In this document: piece after piece, positions 19,046-27,755 of the stretch
Position numbering within the stretch: the first letter of the stretch is position 1
Layout: the number at the start of each line of letters is the position of its first letter
The notes under the pieces: generated by a model
What the model saw: the letters and a program-made list of their open reading frames with translations, nothing else
Databases searched by the model: none
What the model was told of the DNA's origin: nothing
Source: Actinomycetota bacterium
Lineage (GTDB): Bacteria > Actinomycetota > Acidimicrobiia > Acidimicrobiales > JAJPHE01
DNA: 64,000 nt
Assembly: GCA_027315345.1 (NCBI GenBank)
Contig: DAHUYE010000098.1
Location: forward strand, 1,775-65,774
Direction of reading: 5' to 3'
Translations under genes and position numbers: made by a program

Positions 19046-19096
19046 AGGTAGGTTTATCGGCGCCGGAGGTCGGCAGCTGTAGGCGAGGAGGCCAGC

Positions 19097-20125
19097 GTGC
19101 GGGTCGGGGTCCTGACCGGCGGGGGAGATTGCCCGGGGCTCAATGCCGTCATCCGGGCCGTGGTGCGCAAGGGCGAGACGCGTTTCGGAGACGAGCTGGT
19201 CGGCTTTGCCGACGGTTGGCGGGGAGTGGTCGAGGACCGGGTGCTACCCCTCGACGTGGAGAGATGTCGGGGCATCCTGCCCCGGGGGGGCACCATCCTG
19301 GGCACCTCCCGCACCAATCCGTACAAGATCGACGGCGGGGCGGAGGCGGCCCGGGCCACCCTGGAGCGCCGGCAGATCGACGCCCTGGTCACCATCGGCG
19401 GGGAGGACACCCTGGGGGTGGCCAACCGTCTTGGCGCCGAAGGCGTCAACGTGGTCGGGGTTCCCAAGACCATCGACAACGACCTGTCCGCCACCGAGGT
19501 GACCTTCGGATTCCACACCGCCGTCCAGATTGCCACCGACGCCATCGACCGCCTGCACACCACGGCCGAGTCCCATGATCGGGTCATCGTCTGTGAGGTC
19601 ATGGGCCGCCACGCCGGCTGGATCGCCACCTACGCCGGCATAGCCGGGGGAGCGGCCGAGATCATCGTCCCGGAGGAGCCCTTCGACATCGAGACCGTCT
19701 GCCGCAAGCTGCAGGAACGCCACGCCAAGGGCCGCTACGCCTCCATCGTGGTGGTGGCCGAGGGAGCCCGACCCCGGGAGGGCACCATGTCGGTCACCTC
19801 CGGGGAGGTGGACCAGTTCGGCCACCAGCGACTGGGCGGGATCGGGAACCAGCTGGCCGAGGAGATCGAACGCCGGACCGGCTTCGAGTCCCGGGTCACC
19901 ATCCTCGGCCATGTGCAACGGGGCGGCACCCCCACCGCCTTCGACCGGGTCCTGGCCACCCGCTTCGGGATAGCCGCCATCGACGCCGTGCACGACGGGG
20001 ACTTCGGGAAGATGGTGGCGCTGCGGGCGGGCGAGATCGTCCGGGTTCCCTTGGCGGAGGCGGTCACCGAGCTCAAGACCGTCGATCCGGCCCTGTTTCA
20101 TGAGGTGGCGGAGATTTTCTTCTGA
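19097..20125 (+). CDS. pfkA: 6-phosphofructokinase
   Basis: LTGGGDCPGLNA, GGTILGTSR, PKTIDND, MGRHAGW, LGHVQRGG. Confidence 0.95.
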   Translation: MRVGVLTGGGDCPGLNAVIRAVVRKGETRFGDELVGFADGWRGVVEDRVLPLDVERCRGILPRGGTILGTSRTNPYKIDGGAEAARATLERRQIDALVTIGGEDTLGVANRLGAEGVNVVGVPKTIDNDLSATEVTFGFHTAVQIATDAIDRLHTTAESHDRVIVCEVMGRHAGWIATYAGIAGGAAEIIVPEEPFDIETVCRKLQERHAKGRYASIVVVAEGARPREGTMSVTSGEVDQFGHQRLGGIGNQLAEEIERRTGFESRVTILGHVQRGGTPTAFDRVLATRFGIAAIDAVHDGDFGKMVALRAGEIVRVPLAEAVTELKTVDPALFHEVAEIFF

Positions 20126-20161
20126 TCCGCCGTCAGGGGCCCTCAGGAGAGCCGCCCCGGC

Positions 20162-21199
20162 TCACGGCTCGTTGTCCTGGGGGGCGTGCGGGCCCAGTAG
20201 GGGACCGTCAGTGGCGATGAAGCTGGGAATGTGGCCGGTGCGGGCCTGCCACTCCGCCGCCCAGCCGGAGTCGGCCCCGACGATGTCCGGATCCCGTCGG
20301 TCGGCGCGATGTTGCTCCCGTTCATCCGAGCGCAACCACTGCCGGTAGATGGGGAGCATGGCGGCGGCTATGGACAACTCACCGACGGCCCACAACACAC
20401 CCCCCCCGGCATGGGTACCGGACAGCGAGTAGATGGAGGCGGCCGGGGAGGTCTCGCTCATCAGGGCGATGCCGAGGAACGACTCGAAGGGCACGCCGAT
20501 CAACAGGTTGACGAACTTGGCCCCGTAACCCATGCGCCAGTTGGGGATGGGATCAGGGCTGATCATCGGCCACCAGAAGAGAGTGCCGCCGGCCAGGAAG
20601 ACCACATTGAGGAAATCCATCAGGTCCATGTGGGCCATGGCGAATCCGAGCAGCGGGCTCAGGAAAAACACGAACATGATCCCGTAGTAGAGGAACCAGA
20701 CCGTTATGGGATGACTGAGGATGCGGAAGACGGGGCTGTGAAGAGCTTGCAGAAAGCGGGTCTTGGTCCGCGGCGAGGACGTCTGCAGAATAAGCGTGCT
20801 GGGCGCCCCCATGGCCAGAAGCGGCGGCGCCAGGATCATCAGGAGCATGTGCTGGATCACGTGGGATGAGAAGTTCGACATGGCGAAGGTGGCCACCGAT
20901 GACTGGAAGGCCAGCTCCACGGAGATCAGGCCGCCCAGGAAGGCGGCCGTCCGACTCCGCGGCCAGTGGCGACCCCGTCCCTCCAGCTGGGTGGTGGCCC
21001 GCACGTACCAGGCGGCGCTGAGTAGAAGGCAGGCCAGGACCACGAAGGCGAACGGTCCCGTTGACCACTGGGTCAGGGCGTTGTGCACATCCACCGGTTG
21101 AGCGCCCCCCATGCCCGACGTGACGGCGCCCGGGCCGCTGGTTCCGCCGGAGCCGCTCATGCCGCTCATGCCGCTCATGCCGCTCATGGCACCGGCCAT
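20162..21199 (-). CDS. ctaG: Cytochrome c oxidase assembly factor CtaG (Caa3_CtaG) with Met-rich N-terminus
   Basis: WPRSRTAAF..G, FSSHVIQHMLLMILAPPLLAMGAP, multiple TM helices, LFWWP. GGAGG RBS. Confidence 0.85.
   Translation of the reverse strand: MAGAMSGMSGMSGMSGSGGTSGPGAVTSGMGGAQPVDVHNALTQWSTGPFAFVVLACLLLSAAWYVRATTQLEGRGRHWPRSRTAAFLGGLISVELAFQSSVATFAMSNFSSHVIQHMLLMILAPPLLAMGAPSTLILQTSSPRTKTRFLQALHSPVFRILSHPITVWFLYYGIMFVFFLSPLLGFAMAHMDLMDFLNVVFLAGGTLFWWPMISPDPIPNWRMGYGAKFVNLLIGVPFESFLGIALMSETSPAASIYSLSGTHAGGGVLWAVGELSIAAAMLPIYRQWLRSDEREQHRADRRDPDIVGADSGWAAEWQARTGHIPSFIATDGPLLGPHAPQDNEP
21152..21187 (-). repeat. 9-bp tandem repeat x4 encoding (Met-Ser-Gly)4
   Basis: gccgctcat x4 on the + strand. 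Confidence 0.95.
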
Positions 21200-21212
21200 C
21201 CCACCTCCCGCA

Positions 21213-22136
21213 TCACGCCGCCGCCTGGAAACCCTGTCGGGCCAGTTTCGCCAGAGCGGCGGCCACCTCAGAGGGACGGGCCGTGCTCTCGTAGAACAGG
21301 TGGGCCTTTCCGTCCGGCGTGAAGATCAAGGTGTAGCCGGCGTGCACCACCTGGTAGCCCCCGGAATTGGCGTTGTTTCCGGAATTGTCGCGCTTCAGAT
21401 AGGACAACGGCATGTCCAGCTCGGACTCGGCCTGGTGGATCACGCTGACCGGCCCGGTGAGGCCGATGAACGATGAGTTGAAGTGGTCGAGCCACTGGCG
21501 GATGACGGACGGACTGTCCCGGTTGGGGTCGGTGGTGACGAATACCACCTGCACCTGCCTGGCCACGGAAGCGGGCAGCTCACTCAGGGCGGCGGCGTTG
21601 AGGGCCATGTCGGTGGGGCACACGTCCGGGCAGTGGGTGTAGCCGAAATAGACGAGGGTTATCCGGTTCCGGGAGATAGCCGGAAGGTTGAGGGCCTGGC
21701 CCGAAGTGTCGGTCAGGGTCACGTCCGGCTCAGGGTAGGCGGCTGGGCTCTGCACCAGACCCGGGTAGTTGGGGTTCTGCCCGCTGGGGCCGGCCACCTG
21801 GCTGACCTGGGCGGGCGGGCCGGCGTGGTGGCCGGCCAGCACGGTGGCCCCGCCCACCAGCACGGCGGCCACCACGGCCGCGGCCGCGGCGGCGGTGACC
21901 GTGGTGCGCCAGCTCCTCGGGCGGCCCGGAGGCCCTGAGGCGGTGATGGCTCCCAGCAGCCGGTCGGTGAGATCGGGAGCGGGCCGGCCGGCCAGGGCTG
22001 TAACCCCTTGGTGGAGGGAGCGGGCCCGTTCCGCCCAGTCGGCGCACTCGGTGCAGTGGGGCGGCCCTGGGTCGGGCCCTTCCTCATCCAAGCAGGCGGA
22101 CCAGGACTCCCGGTAGGCGTCACACGTTCCGGTCAT
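21213..22136 (-). CDS. Fusion protein: zf-HC2/ZAS-like anti-sigma domain, TM helix, SCO1/SenC copper-binding domain
   Basis: N-term CDAYRESWSACLDEE...HCTECADW...PAPDLTDRLL; hydrophobic AAAAAAVVAAVLVGGATVLAG; SCO YFGYTHCPDVCPTD, VFVTTDPNRD, YQVVH. ATG 22136 overlaps the upstream stop (ATGA). Confidence 0.8.
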   Translation of the reverse strand: MTGTCDAYRESWSACLDEEGPDPGPPHCTECADWAERARSLHQGVTALAGRPAPDLTDRLLGAITASGPPGRPRSWRTTVTAAAAAAVVAAVLVGGATVLAGHHAGPPAQVSQVAGPSGQNPNYPGLVQSPAAYPEPDVTLTDTSGQALNLPAISRNRITLVYFGYTHCPDVCPTDMALNAAALSELPASVARQVQVVFVTTDPNRDSPSVIRQWLDHFNSSFIGLTGPVSVIHQAESELDMPLSYLKRDNSGNNANSGGYQVVHAGYTLIFTPDGKAHLFYESTARPSEVAAALAKLARQGFQAAA

Positions 22137-22714
22137 GGCGTACCTCCTACCAGAGCGCTCAGCGGCACCACCGGGACGCTTACCTCGACCGTGCCGGCCC
22201 GCTGGAAGTGAAGGGTCATGACGATGGTCTGTCCGCTGACCAGGGCGGAGCGGAGGTTTTCCAGCATGACGTGGTCGTGGGCCGGTCGTAGGACGGCTGT
22301 CCCGTGGGCGGGTATGACGAGGCGGGCCAGCGGCATCATCATCCCGCCGTTGCCGTCCTCCATCTCCTGGTGGAGGCCGGCCGACGCCGCCACCGGGGTG
22401 GACGCTCCCACCAGGGCGTCGGGCTCTGCGCCCAGGTTCCTGAAGGTGGCGTAGAAGGCGGCCACGGCCGGGCTGGCCGGGACCGGCACGAACGGATCGA
22501 TGACCTCGATGTCGCCCACCCGGGCCGCCACCGTGGCGCCGGCGGCCGCTTCGGAGGTGTCGGCCACGGCCGCGAATGGATGGTCGACGGGACCGGCTCC
22601 GGCCCGGTGGCCGGCGGGCCAGACCCACTCCAGGACCACCACCGCCGTCAGGATGGCCGGCAGCGCCCCCAGGGCGACCCAGCGCCGGTGGCGCCGCAAC
22701 GGTTCAAGGCTCAC
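22133..22714 (-). CDS. Copper chaperone PCu(A)C
   Basis: N-terminal TM; AAFYATFRN, LHQEM...MMM...VIPAHGTAVLRPAHDHVML (H..M..HxM Cu site); LHFQRAG. Confidence 0.88.
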   Translation of the reverse strand: MSLEPLRRHRRWVALGALPAILTAVVVLEWVWPAGHRAGAGPVDHPFAAVADTSEAAAGATVAARVGDIEVIDPFVPVPASPAVAAFYATFRNLGAEPDALVGASTPVAASAGLHQEMEDGNGGMMMPLARLVIPAHGTAVLRPAHDHVMLENLRSALVSGQTIVMTLHFQRAGTVEVSVPVVPLSALVGGTP

Positions 22715-23316
22715 GAACCGTTAGTGGGCCCAGCCGGCGTTCCGGTTCCCGGGGTCGGCGGAATTTCCCGGCCGGGCCCGTCGGCGGCGGTCAGCCACTC
22801 GAGCAGCTGGGCTCGGGCCCGGGCCACCCGGGAGCGGACCGTGCCCAGCTCGGTCTCGGCCACCGCCGCCGTCTCCGCGTAGCTCAAGCCGATGATCTGG
22901 GTCAGCACGAACGCTTCGCGGCGGTCGGGGTCCAGGCGGTTGACGAGATCGCCCAGGTCGTGGGCGGGGGCCGGATCGGGCAGGTCCGGGAGGGCGGATC
23001 GGCCCCGGGACTCCTCGGCCCGGCGCCGGCGGACGGCTCGGCCCACCGCCTCGATGCACACCCGCCGGGCGATGGTGAGCAGCCAGGTGGTCACGGCGGA
23101 ATCTCCCCGGAACCCCCCCAGTGACCGCCAGGCCCGCAGGAATGTCTCCTGAGTCAGGTCATCGGCATCCTCACCGGGGACCATGTGGGCACAGAACCGG
23201 CGCACCGGGGCCTGGGTCTCACTGAGGAGGATCCGCAGCGCCCTCTGATCACCGGAACGGGCGGCCAGAGCTGCGGCGGTGAGCTCAGCCGGGCTGAGGC
23301 GCTGGGGAGCGGTCAA
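22711..23316 (-). CDS. ECF sigma factor, SigC-like
   Basis: AARSGD, TQAPVRRFCAH, ADDLTQETFLRAW, TWLLTIARR, REAFVLTQIIGLSYAE, GTVRSRVARAR. TTG start overlapping the suhB stop. Confidence 0.85.
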   Translation of the reverse strand: MTAPQRLSPAELTAAALAARSGDQRALRILLSETQAPVRRFCAHMVPGEDADDLTQETFLRAWRSLGGFRGDSAVTTWLLTIARRVCIEAVGRAVRRRRAEESRGRSALPDLPDPAPAHDLGDLVNRLDPDRREAFVLTQIIGLSYAETAAVAETELGTVRSRVARARAQLLEWLTAADGPGREIPPTPGTGTPAGPTNGS

Positions 23317-24122
23317 TCCTGGGCGCCGACGTCGGACAGCAGCCGGCGGAAGGCGTCGGCCACGGAGGGGGCGACGGCCAGGACCAGCTGGTCGGTGGGC
23401 TCGGGTCCGTGCAGGTCACCCACCACCGCCCCGGCCTCCCGGGCGATGAGGCCGCCGGCGGCCCGGTCCCAGTGGTGGGTGCCGCGTTCGAAATAGGCGT
23501 CCAGGCGCCCGGCTCCCACCGCGCAGAGGTCGAGGGCGGCCGAGCCGGTCCGGCGGATGTCGCGCACCCGTCCCAGGATTTCCGACATGGCTGAGCCCTG
23601 CACCCGCCGTACGGACGAGTCATAGGCGAAGCCGGTCCCGACCAGGCTCATGCTGAGGTCAGCGGGTGAATTGACCGACAGGGGACTGGCGTTCAGCCAC
23701 GAACCCGAACCCAGAAGGCCGGTGAAGGTCTCGTCCCGGGACGGGTCGTGGACGACGCCCGCCACCACCGTCCCGTCGATCTCGGCTGCGATGGAGACGG
23801 CGAAGACCGGTATCCCGTAGACATAATTGACCGTCCCGTCCAGGGGGTCGATGACCCATCGGACCCGGCTGGGCCCGGTGCGGTCGCTGCCCTCCTCGGC
23901 CAGGATCGAGTCGTCCGGCCGGGACGCCGTGAGCACCTCCAGGATGAGCTTTTCGCTGGCCCGGTCCAGGTCGGACACCAGGTCGGTCCGGGTGGTCTTG
24001 GACTCGACCACGGTCGGACCGGAGCCCAGCCCGGCGAGGAGCAGTTGCCCGGCCTGCCGGGCCGCCGAGAGCGCCAGGTCGAGCAGCGCCGCCGGGGAAG
24101 GTTGGAGGGCGGCGTCGGTCAC
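23313..24122 (-). CDS. suhB: Inositol monophosphatase family (SuhB-like)
   Basis: [36 protein letters not shown]. Confidence 0.88.
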   Translation of the reverse strand: MTDAALQPSPAALLDLALSAARQAGQLLLAGLGSGPTVVESKTTRTDLVSDLDRASEKLILEVLTASRPDDSILAEEGSDRTGPSRVRWVIDPLDGTVNYVYGIPVFAVSIAAEIDGTVVAGVVHDPSRDETFTGLLGSGSWLNASPLSVNSPADLSMSLVGTGFAYDSSVRRVQGSAMSEILGRVRDIRRTGSAALDLCAVGAGRLDAYFERGTHHWDRAAGGLIAREAGAVVGDLHGPEPTDQLVLAVAPSVADAFRRLLSDVGAQD

Positions 24123-24205
24123 CGGGACGGTTTAGCCGGTGGGGAGACCGGGGCCGGAATCGGCCCGGACCGGGCCCTCCTCGGAGGTGGCTAGGTTCCT
24201 GGCCC

Positions 24206-25231
24206 ATGCCCGACCGCCCCGTCGATCTGCGCTCGGACACCGTGACCCGTCCGACGCCGGCCATGCGCCGGGCCATGGCCGAGGCCGAAGTCGGCGACGA
24301 CGTCTACGGGGAGGACCCCACCGTCAGGCGGCTGGAGGAGGTCTTCGCCCAGCGGCTGTCCAAGGACGCCGCCCTCTTCGTCCCGTCGGGGACCATGGCC
24401 AACCAGATCGCCCTGCGGTTGCTGGCCCCGCCCGCATCGGTGGTCATAGCCGGGCGTCGCCAGCACGTGGTGGCCTACGAGAACGGCGCCGGCGCCCGCA
24501 ACGCCGGGGTGCAGTTCCACCCCCTTCCGGACGATGACGGCCGCCTGCGGGCGGCCGACGTGGCGTGGGTGGTGGCCGCCGCCGCCCATCACATGCCCCG
24601 GCCCAGCCTGGTCTGCGTGGAGAACACCCACATGCCCGCCGACGGAGCGCCGTGGTCCCTGGAAGCTTTGGATGAGGTGGTGGAGGCGGCGGAGGGTCTG
24701 GCCGTCCACATGGATGGCGCCCGTCTCTTCAACGCCTCGGTGGCCACCGGGATCGCCCCCGGCGCCTATGCCGATCGGGCCACCACCGTCATGTGCTGTC
24801 TGTCCAAGGGCCTGTGTGCCCCGGTGGGATCCTTGCTGGCCGGACCCTCCGATCTCATGGCCGAGGCCCGGTCGCTGCGCTCCGGACTGGGCGGGGGCAT
24901 GCGCCAGGCCGGGATCCTGGCCGCCGCCGGCCTGGTCGCCCTGGAGTCGATGGTGGATCGCCTGGCCGAGGATCATGACCGGGCCCGGCGCCTGGCCGAG
25001 GCGGTGGGGGAGCGCTGGCCCGATTCCGGCTGCCGCCCGGAGCGGATCCTCACCAACGTGGTCACCTTCCGCCACAACGCGCCAGGCTCGGTGATCGACC
25101 ACCTGGCCCGGGACGGGGTCCTGGCCGGGACCATCGCCCCCGGGGTGGTCCGCCTGGTCACCCACCACGATGTCGATGACCAGGACGTAGCCCGAGCCAT
25201 GAAGGCGCTAGCGCTAGCCGGCGCCCCCTGA
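24206..25231 (+). CDS. ltaE: Low-specificity L-threonine aldolase
   Basis: [48 protein letters not shown]. Confidence 0.92.
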   Translation: MPDRPVDLRSDTVTRPTPAMRRAMAEAEVGDDVYGEDPTVRRLEEVFAQRLSKDAALFVPSGTMANQIALRLLAPPASVVIAGRRQHVVAYENGAGARNAGVQFHPLPDDDGRLRAADVAWVVAAAAHHMPRPSLVCVENTHMPADGAPWSLEALDEVVEAAEGLAVHMDGARLFNASVATGIAPGAYADRATTVMCCLSKGLCAPVGSLLAGPSDLMAEARSLRSGLGGGMRQAGILAAAGLVALESMVDRLAEDHDRARRLAEAVGERWPDSGCRPERILTNVVTFRHNAPGSVIDHLARDGVLAGTIAPGVVRLVTHHDVDDQDVARAMKALALAGAP

Positions 25232-25279
25232 AGCGCTGGTTCACAGAGCGCCGGCCGGCGCCGCCGTACGCTTCGGACC

Positions 25280-25984
25280 GTGGCTGACTTGGTGGAGGAG
25301 ACGCCGGGATGCGTGCTGGCCGTCTACGCCCATCCCGATGACGCCGACGTGGCCTGCGGGGGGACGCTGGCCCGCTGGGCCGCCGCCGGCGCCGCCGTCC
25401 ACGTCCTGGTCTGCACCACCGGGGACAAAGGCAGCTCCGACCCGTCAACCGATCCGGCCGCCCTGGCCGAGCAGCGGGCCGGTGAGATGCGCGAGGCGGC
25501 CGGGGTGCTCGGCGTGGAGGGGCACCGCCTGGGCCATGCCGACGGGGAGCTCTACGACCAGAGGCTGCTGACCGGCCAGATAGTCGGCGCCATCCGCTCC
25601 GTGCGACCCGACACGGTGATCTGCCCGGACCCCACCGCGGTGTTCTTCGGCGAGCACTACTTCAACCACCGGGACCACCGGGCCGTGGGCTGGGCCACTC
25701 TCGACGCCGTGGCCCCGGCCGCGTCCCAGCCCCATTACTTCCCCGAGGCTGGTCCGCCCCACCTGGTCTCGACCGTGCTCATGACCGGCACCATCGCTCC
25801 CGAGGTCTGGGTCGACGTCTCCTCCAGCCTGGAGCTCAAGACCAAAGCCATCCTCTGTCACAAGAGCCAGCTGGGGGAGGGCACGGAGTGGTTCCGCAAC
25901 GTCGTCAGGCAGCGGGCCGAGGAGGGTGGGCGCCAGGCCGGCGTCAAACACGCCGAGGGGTTCCGACGGCTCCGCCTGGCGTGA
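25280..25984 (+). CDS. PIG-L/LmbE family deacetylase
   Basis: AHPDD, TGDKG, NHRDH, HKSQ. Confidence 0.88.
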   Translation: MADLVEETPGCVLAVYAHPDDADVACGGTLARWAAAGAAVHVLVCTTGDKGSSDPSTDPAALAEQRAGEMREAAGVLGVEGHRLGHADGELYDQRLLTGQIVGAIRSVRPDTVICPDPTAVFFGEHYFNHRDHRAVGWATLDAVAPAASQPHYFPEAGPPHLVSTVLMTGTIAPEVWVDVSSSLELKTKAILCHKSQLGEGTEWFRNVVRQRAEEGGRQAGVKHAEGFRRLRLA

Positions 25985-26478
25985 GGAAGTGGCTGGTGGC
26001 CGGCGGTCTGCTGGAGGGGCCGGAGGGAATCCTGCTGGTGCAGAACCGGCGCCGGGATGGCTCCCTGGACTGGTCCCCGCCGGGTGGCGTCATCGAGGTG
26101 GACGAAGGAGAGTCGCTCACCGACGGTCTCACTCGCGAGGTCCTGGAGGAGACCGGTCTTTACGTAACCGCCTGGTCCGGGCCCGTCTACCGGGTGGAGG
26201 CGGTGGCGCCCGAGGCCGGCTGGCACCTGCGGGCCGAGGTCCACCTGGCCACCTCCTTCAGCGGCCAACTGAGTCCGGGTGATCCGGACGGGATCGTGGT
26301 CGACGCCCGCTTCGTCGATCCGTCGGGCTGCGCCGAGCATCTGGAGTCCAACCACGCCTGGGTGCGCGAGCCGCTGGGGGCCTGGCTGACGGAACGTTGG
26401 GTCGATGTGCGCAGCTACCGGTACACGGTCAGCGGCCCGGGGGCCGGCGCCTACAAGGTCATTCTCGAAACGTCATGA
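25981..26478 (+). CDS. NUDIX hydrolase
   Basis: PGGVIE..GESLTDGLTREVLEETGL Nudix box. GTGA overlap with the upstream gene. Confidence 0.85.
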   Translation: MRKWLVAGGLLEGPEGILLVQNRRRDGSLDWSPPGGVIEVDEGESLTDGLTREVLEETGLYVTAWSGPVYRVEAVAPEAGWHLRAEVHLATSFSGQLSPGDPDGIVVDARFVDPSGCAEHLESNHAWVREPLGAWLTERWVDVRSYRYTVSGPGAGAYKVILETS

Positions 26479-27755
26479 CCGACTCGGCGCCGACCCTTCC
26501 GGCCCAGCCGACCATCCTGCACGTGGACATGGACGCCTTCTATGTCTCGGTGGAGATCAAGAAGGATCCGACCCTGGCCGGCCGGCCGGTCATCGTGGGC
26601 GGAACCGGAAACCGCGGCGTAGTGGCGTCGTGTTCCTATGAGGCCCGCGCCTTCGGGATCCACTCGGCCATGCCCACGGCCCGGGCCCGGCGGCTCTGCC
26701 CTCAGGCGGTGTTCCTGCCCGGGCATTTCGATGACTACCAGGAGGCCAGTTCCGCCATCCACCGCATCTTTCTTTCCTTCACCCCTCTGGTGGAGGGCAT
26801 CGCCCTGGACGAGGCCTTCCTCGATGTGTCCGGGGCCCGGCGTCTGTTCGGTACCGGGCCCGAGGTGGCGGCCCGGATCCGCCAGGACGTGCGCCAGACG
26901 GTAGGCATCGAGTGCTCGGTGGGAGTGGCCCGCACCAAGCTGATGGCCAAGCTGGCCTCCAAGGAGGCCAAGCCGAGGCCGTCCCCGTCCGGGCCCCAGC
27001 CTGGTCCGGGGGTGTTCGTGGTCCTCCCCGAGGAGGAGCTGGGCTTCCTCCACCCCAAGCCGGTGCGGGCCCTGTGGGGAGTGGGCCCGGCCACCGCCGC
27101 CCGCCTGACCCGCATGGGGATCTCCACCGTGGGCGATCTGGCCCGGGCGCCCCTGGAGTCGCTGGTCGGCTCACTCGGCCAGGCGGCCGGCCGCCATCTC
27201 CACGAGCTGGCCTGGGGCCGGGACCCCCGGCGGGTGGAACCGAGCCGGCCGACCAAGTCCATCGGTCACGAGGAGACCTACGCCAAGGACCACTACCGGG
27301 CCGAGACCCTGGCCGTGGAGGTGATCCGCATGGCCGACGCCGTGGCCGGCCGGCTCCGCCATGCGTCTCTCGAAGCCAGGACAGTGACGCTGAAGGTCCG
27401 CTTCGGGGACTTCTCCACCATCACCCGGTCGCGCACCGAAACGGCCGGCTTCTCCACCGCCCAGGTGATCAGCCGGATCGCCCTCGCTCTGCTCGAGGAG
27501 GTCGATGTGTCGGCCGGCGTCCGCCTCCTGGGGGTGAGCGCGTCGGGTCTGGCTGACGCCGGCGCCGAGCAGCTGTCCCTGGACGACCTGACCGGGCCGG
27601 GCTCGGACGACGCCGGATGGAAGGCGGCCACCGGGGCCATCGATGACATCCGCCGCCGGTTCGGGGACCGGGCCGTCGGCCCGGCCGCACTGGCCGGCGC
27701 TGACGGCGTCCGGGTCAAGCGGATCGGCGACACCCAATGGGGCCCTGGCACGTGA
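26475..27755 (+). CDS. dinB: DNA polymerase IV
   Basis: HVDMDAFY, SYEARAFGIHSAMP, LDEAFLD, LWGVGP, KSIGHEET. ATGA overlap. Confidence 0.94.
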   Translation: MTDSAPTLPAQPTILHVDMDAFYVSVEIKKDPTLAGRPVIVGGTGNRGVVASCSYEARAFGIHSAMPTARARRLCPQAVFLPGHFDDYQEASSAIHRIFLSFTPLVEGIALDEAFLDVSGARRLFGTGPEVAARIRQDVRQTVGIECSVGVARTKLMAKLASKEAKPRPSPSGPQPGPGVFVVLPEEELGFLHPKPVRALWGVGPATAARLTRMGISTVGDLARAPLESLVGSLGQAAGRHLHELAWGRDPRRVEPSRPTKSIGHEETYAKDHYRAETLAVEVIRMADAVAGRLRHASLEARTVTLKVRFGDFSTITRSRTETAGFSTAQVISRIALALLEEVDVSAGVRLLGVSASGLADAGAEQLSLDDLTGPGSDDAGWKAATGAIDDIRRRFGDRAVGPAALAGADGVRVKRIGDTQWGPGT

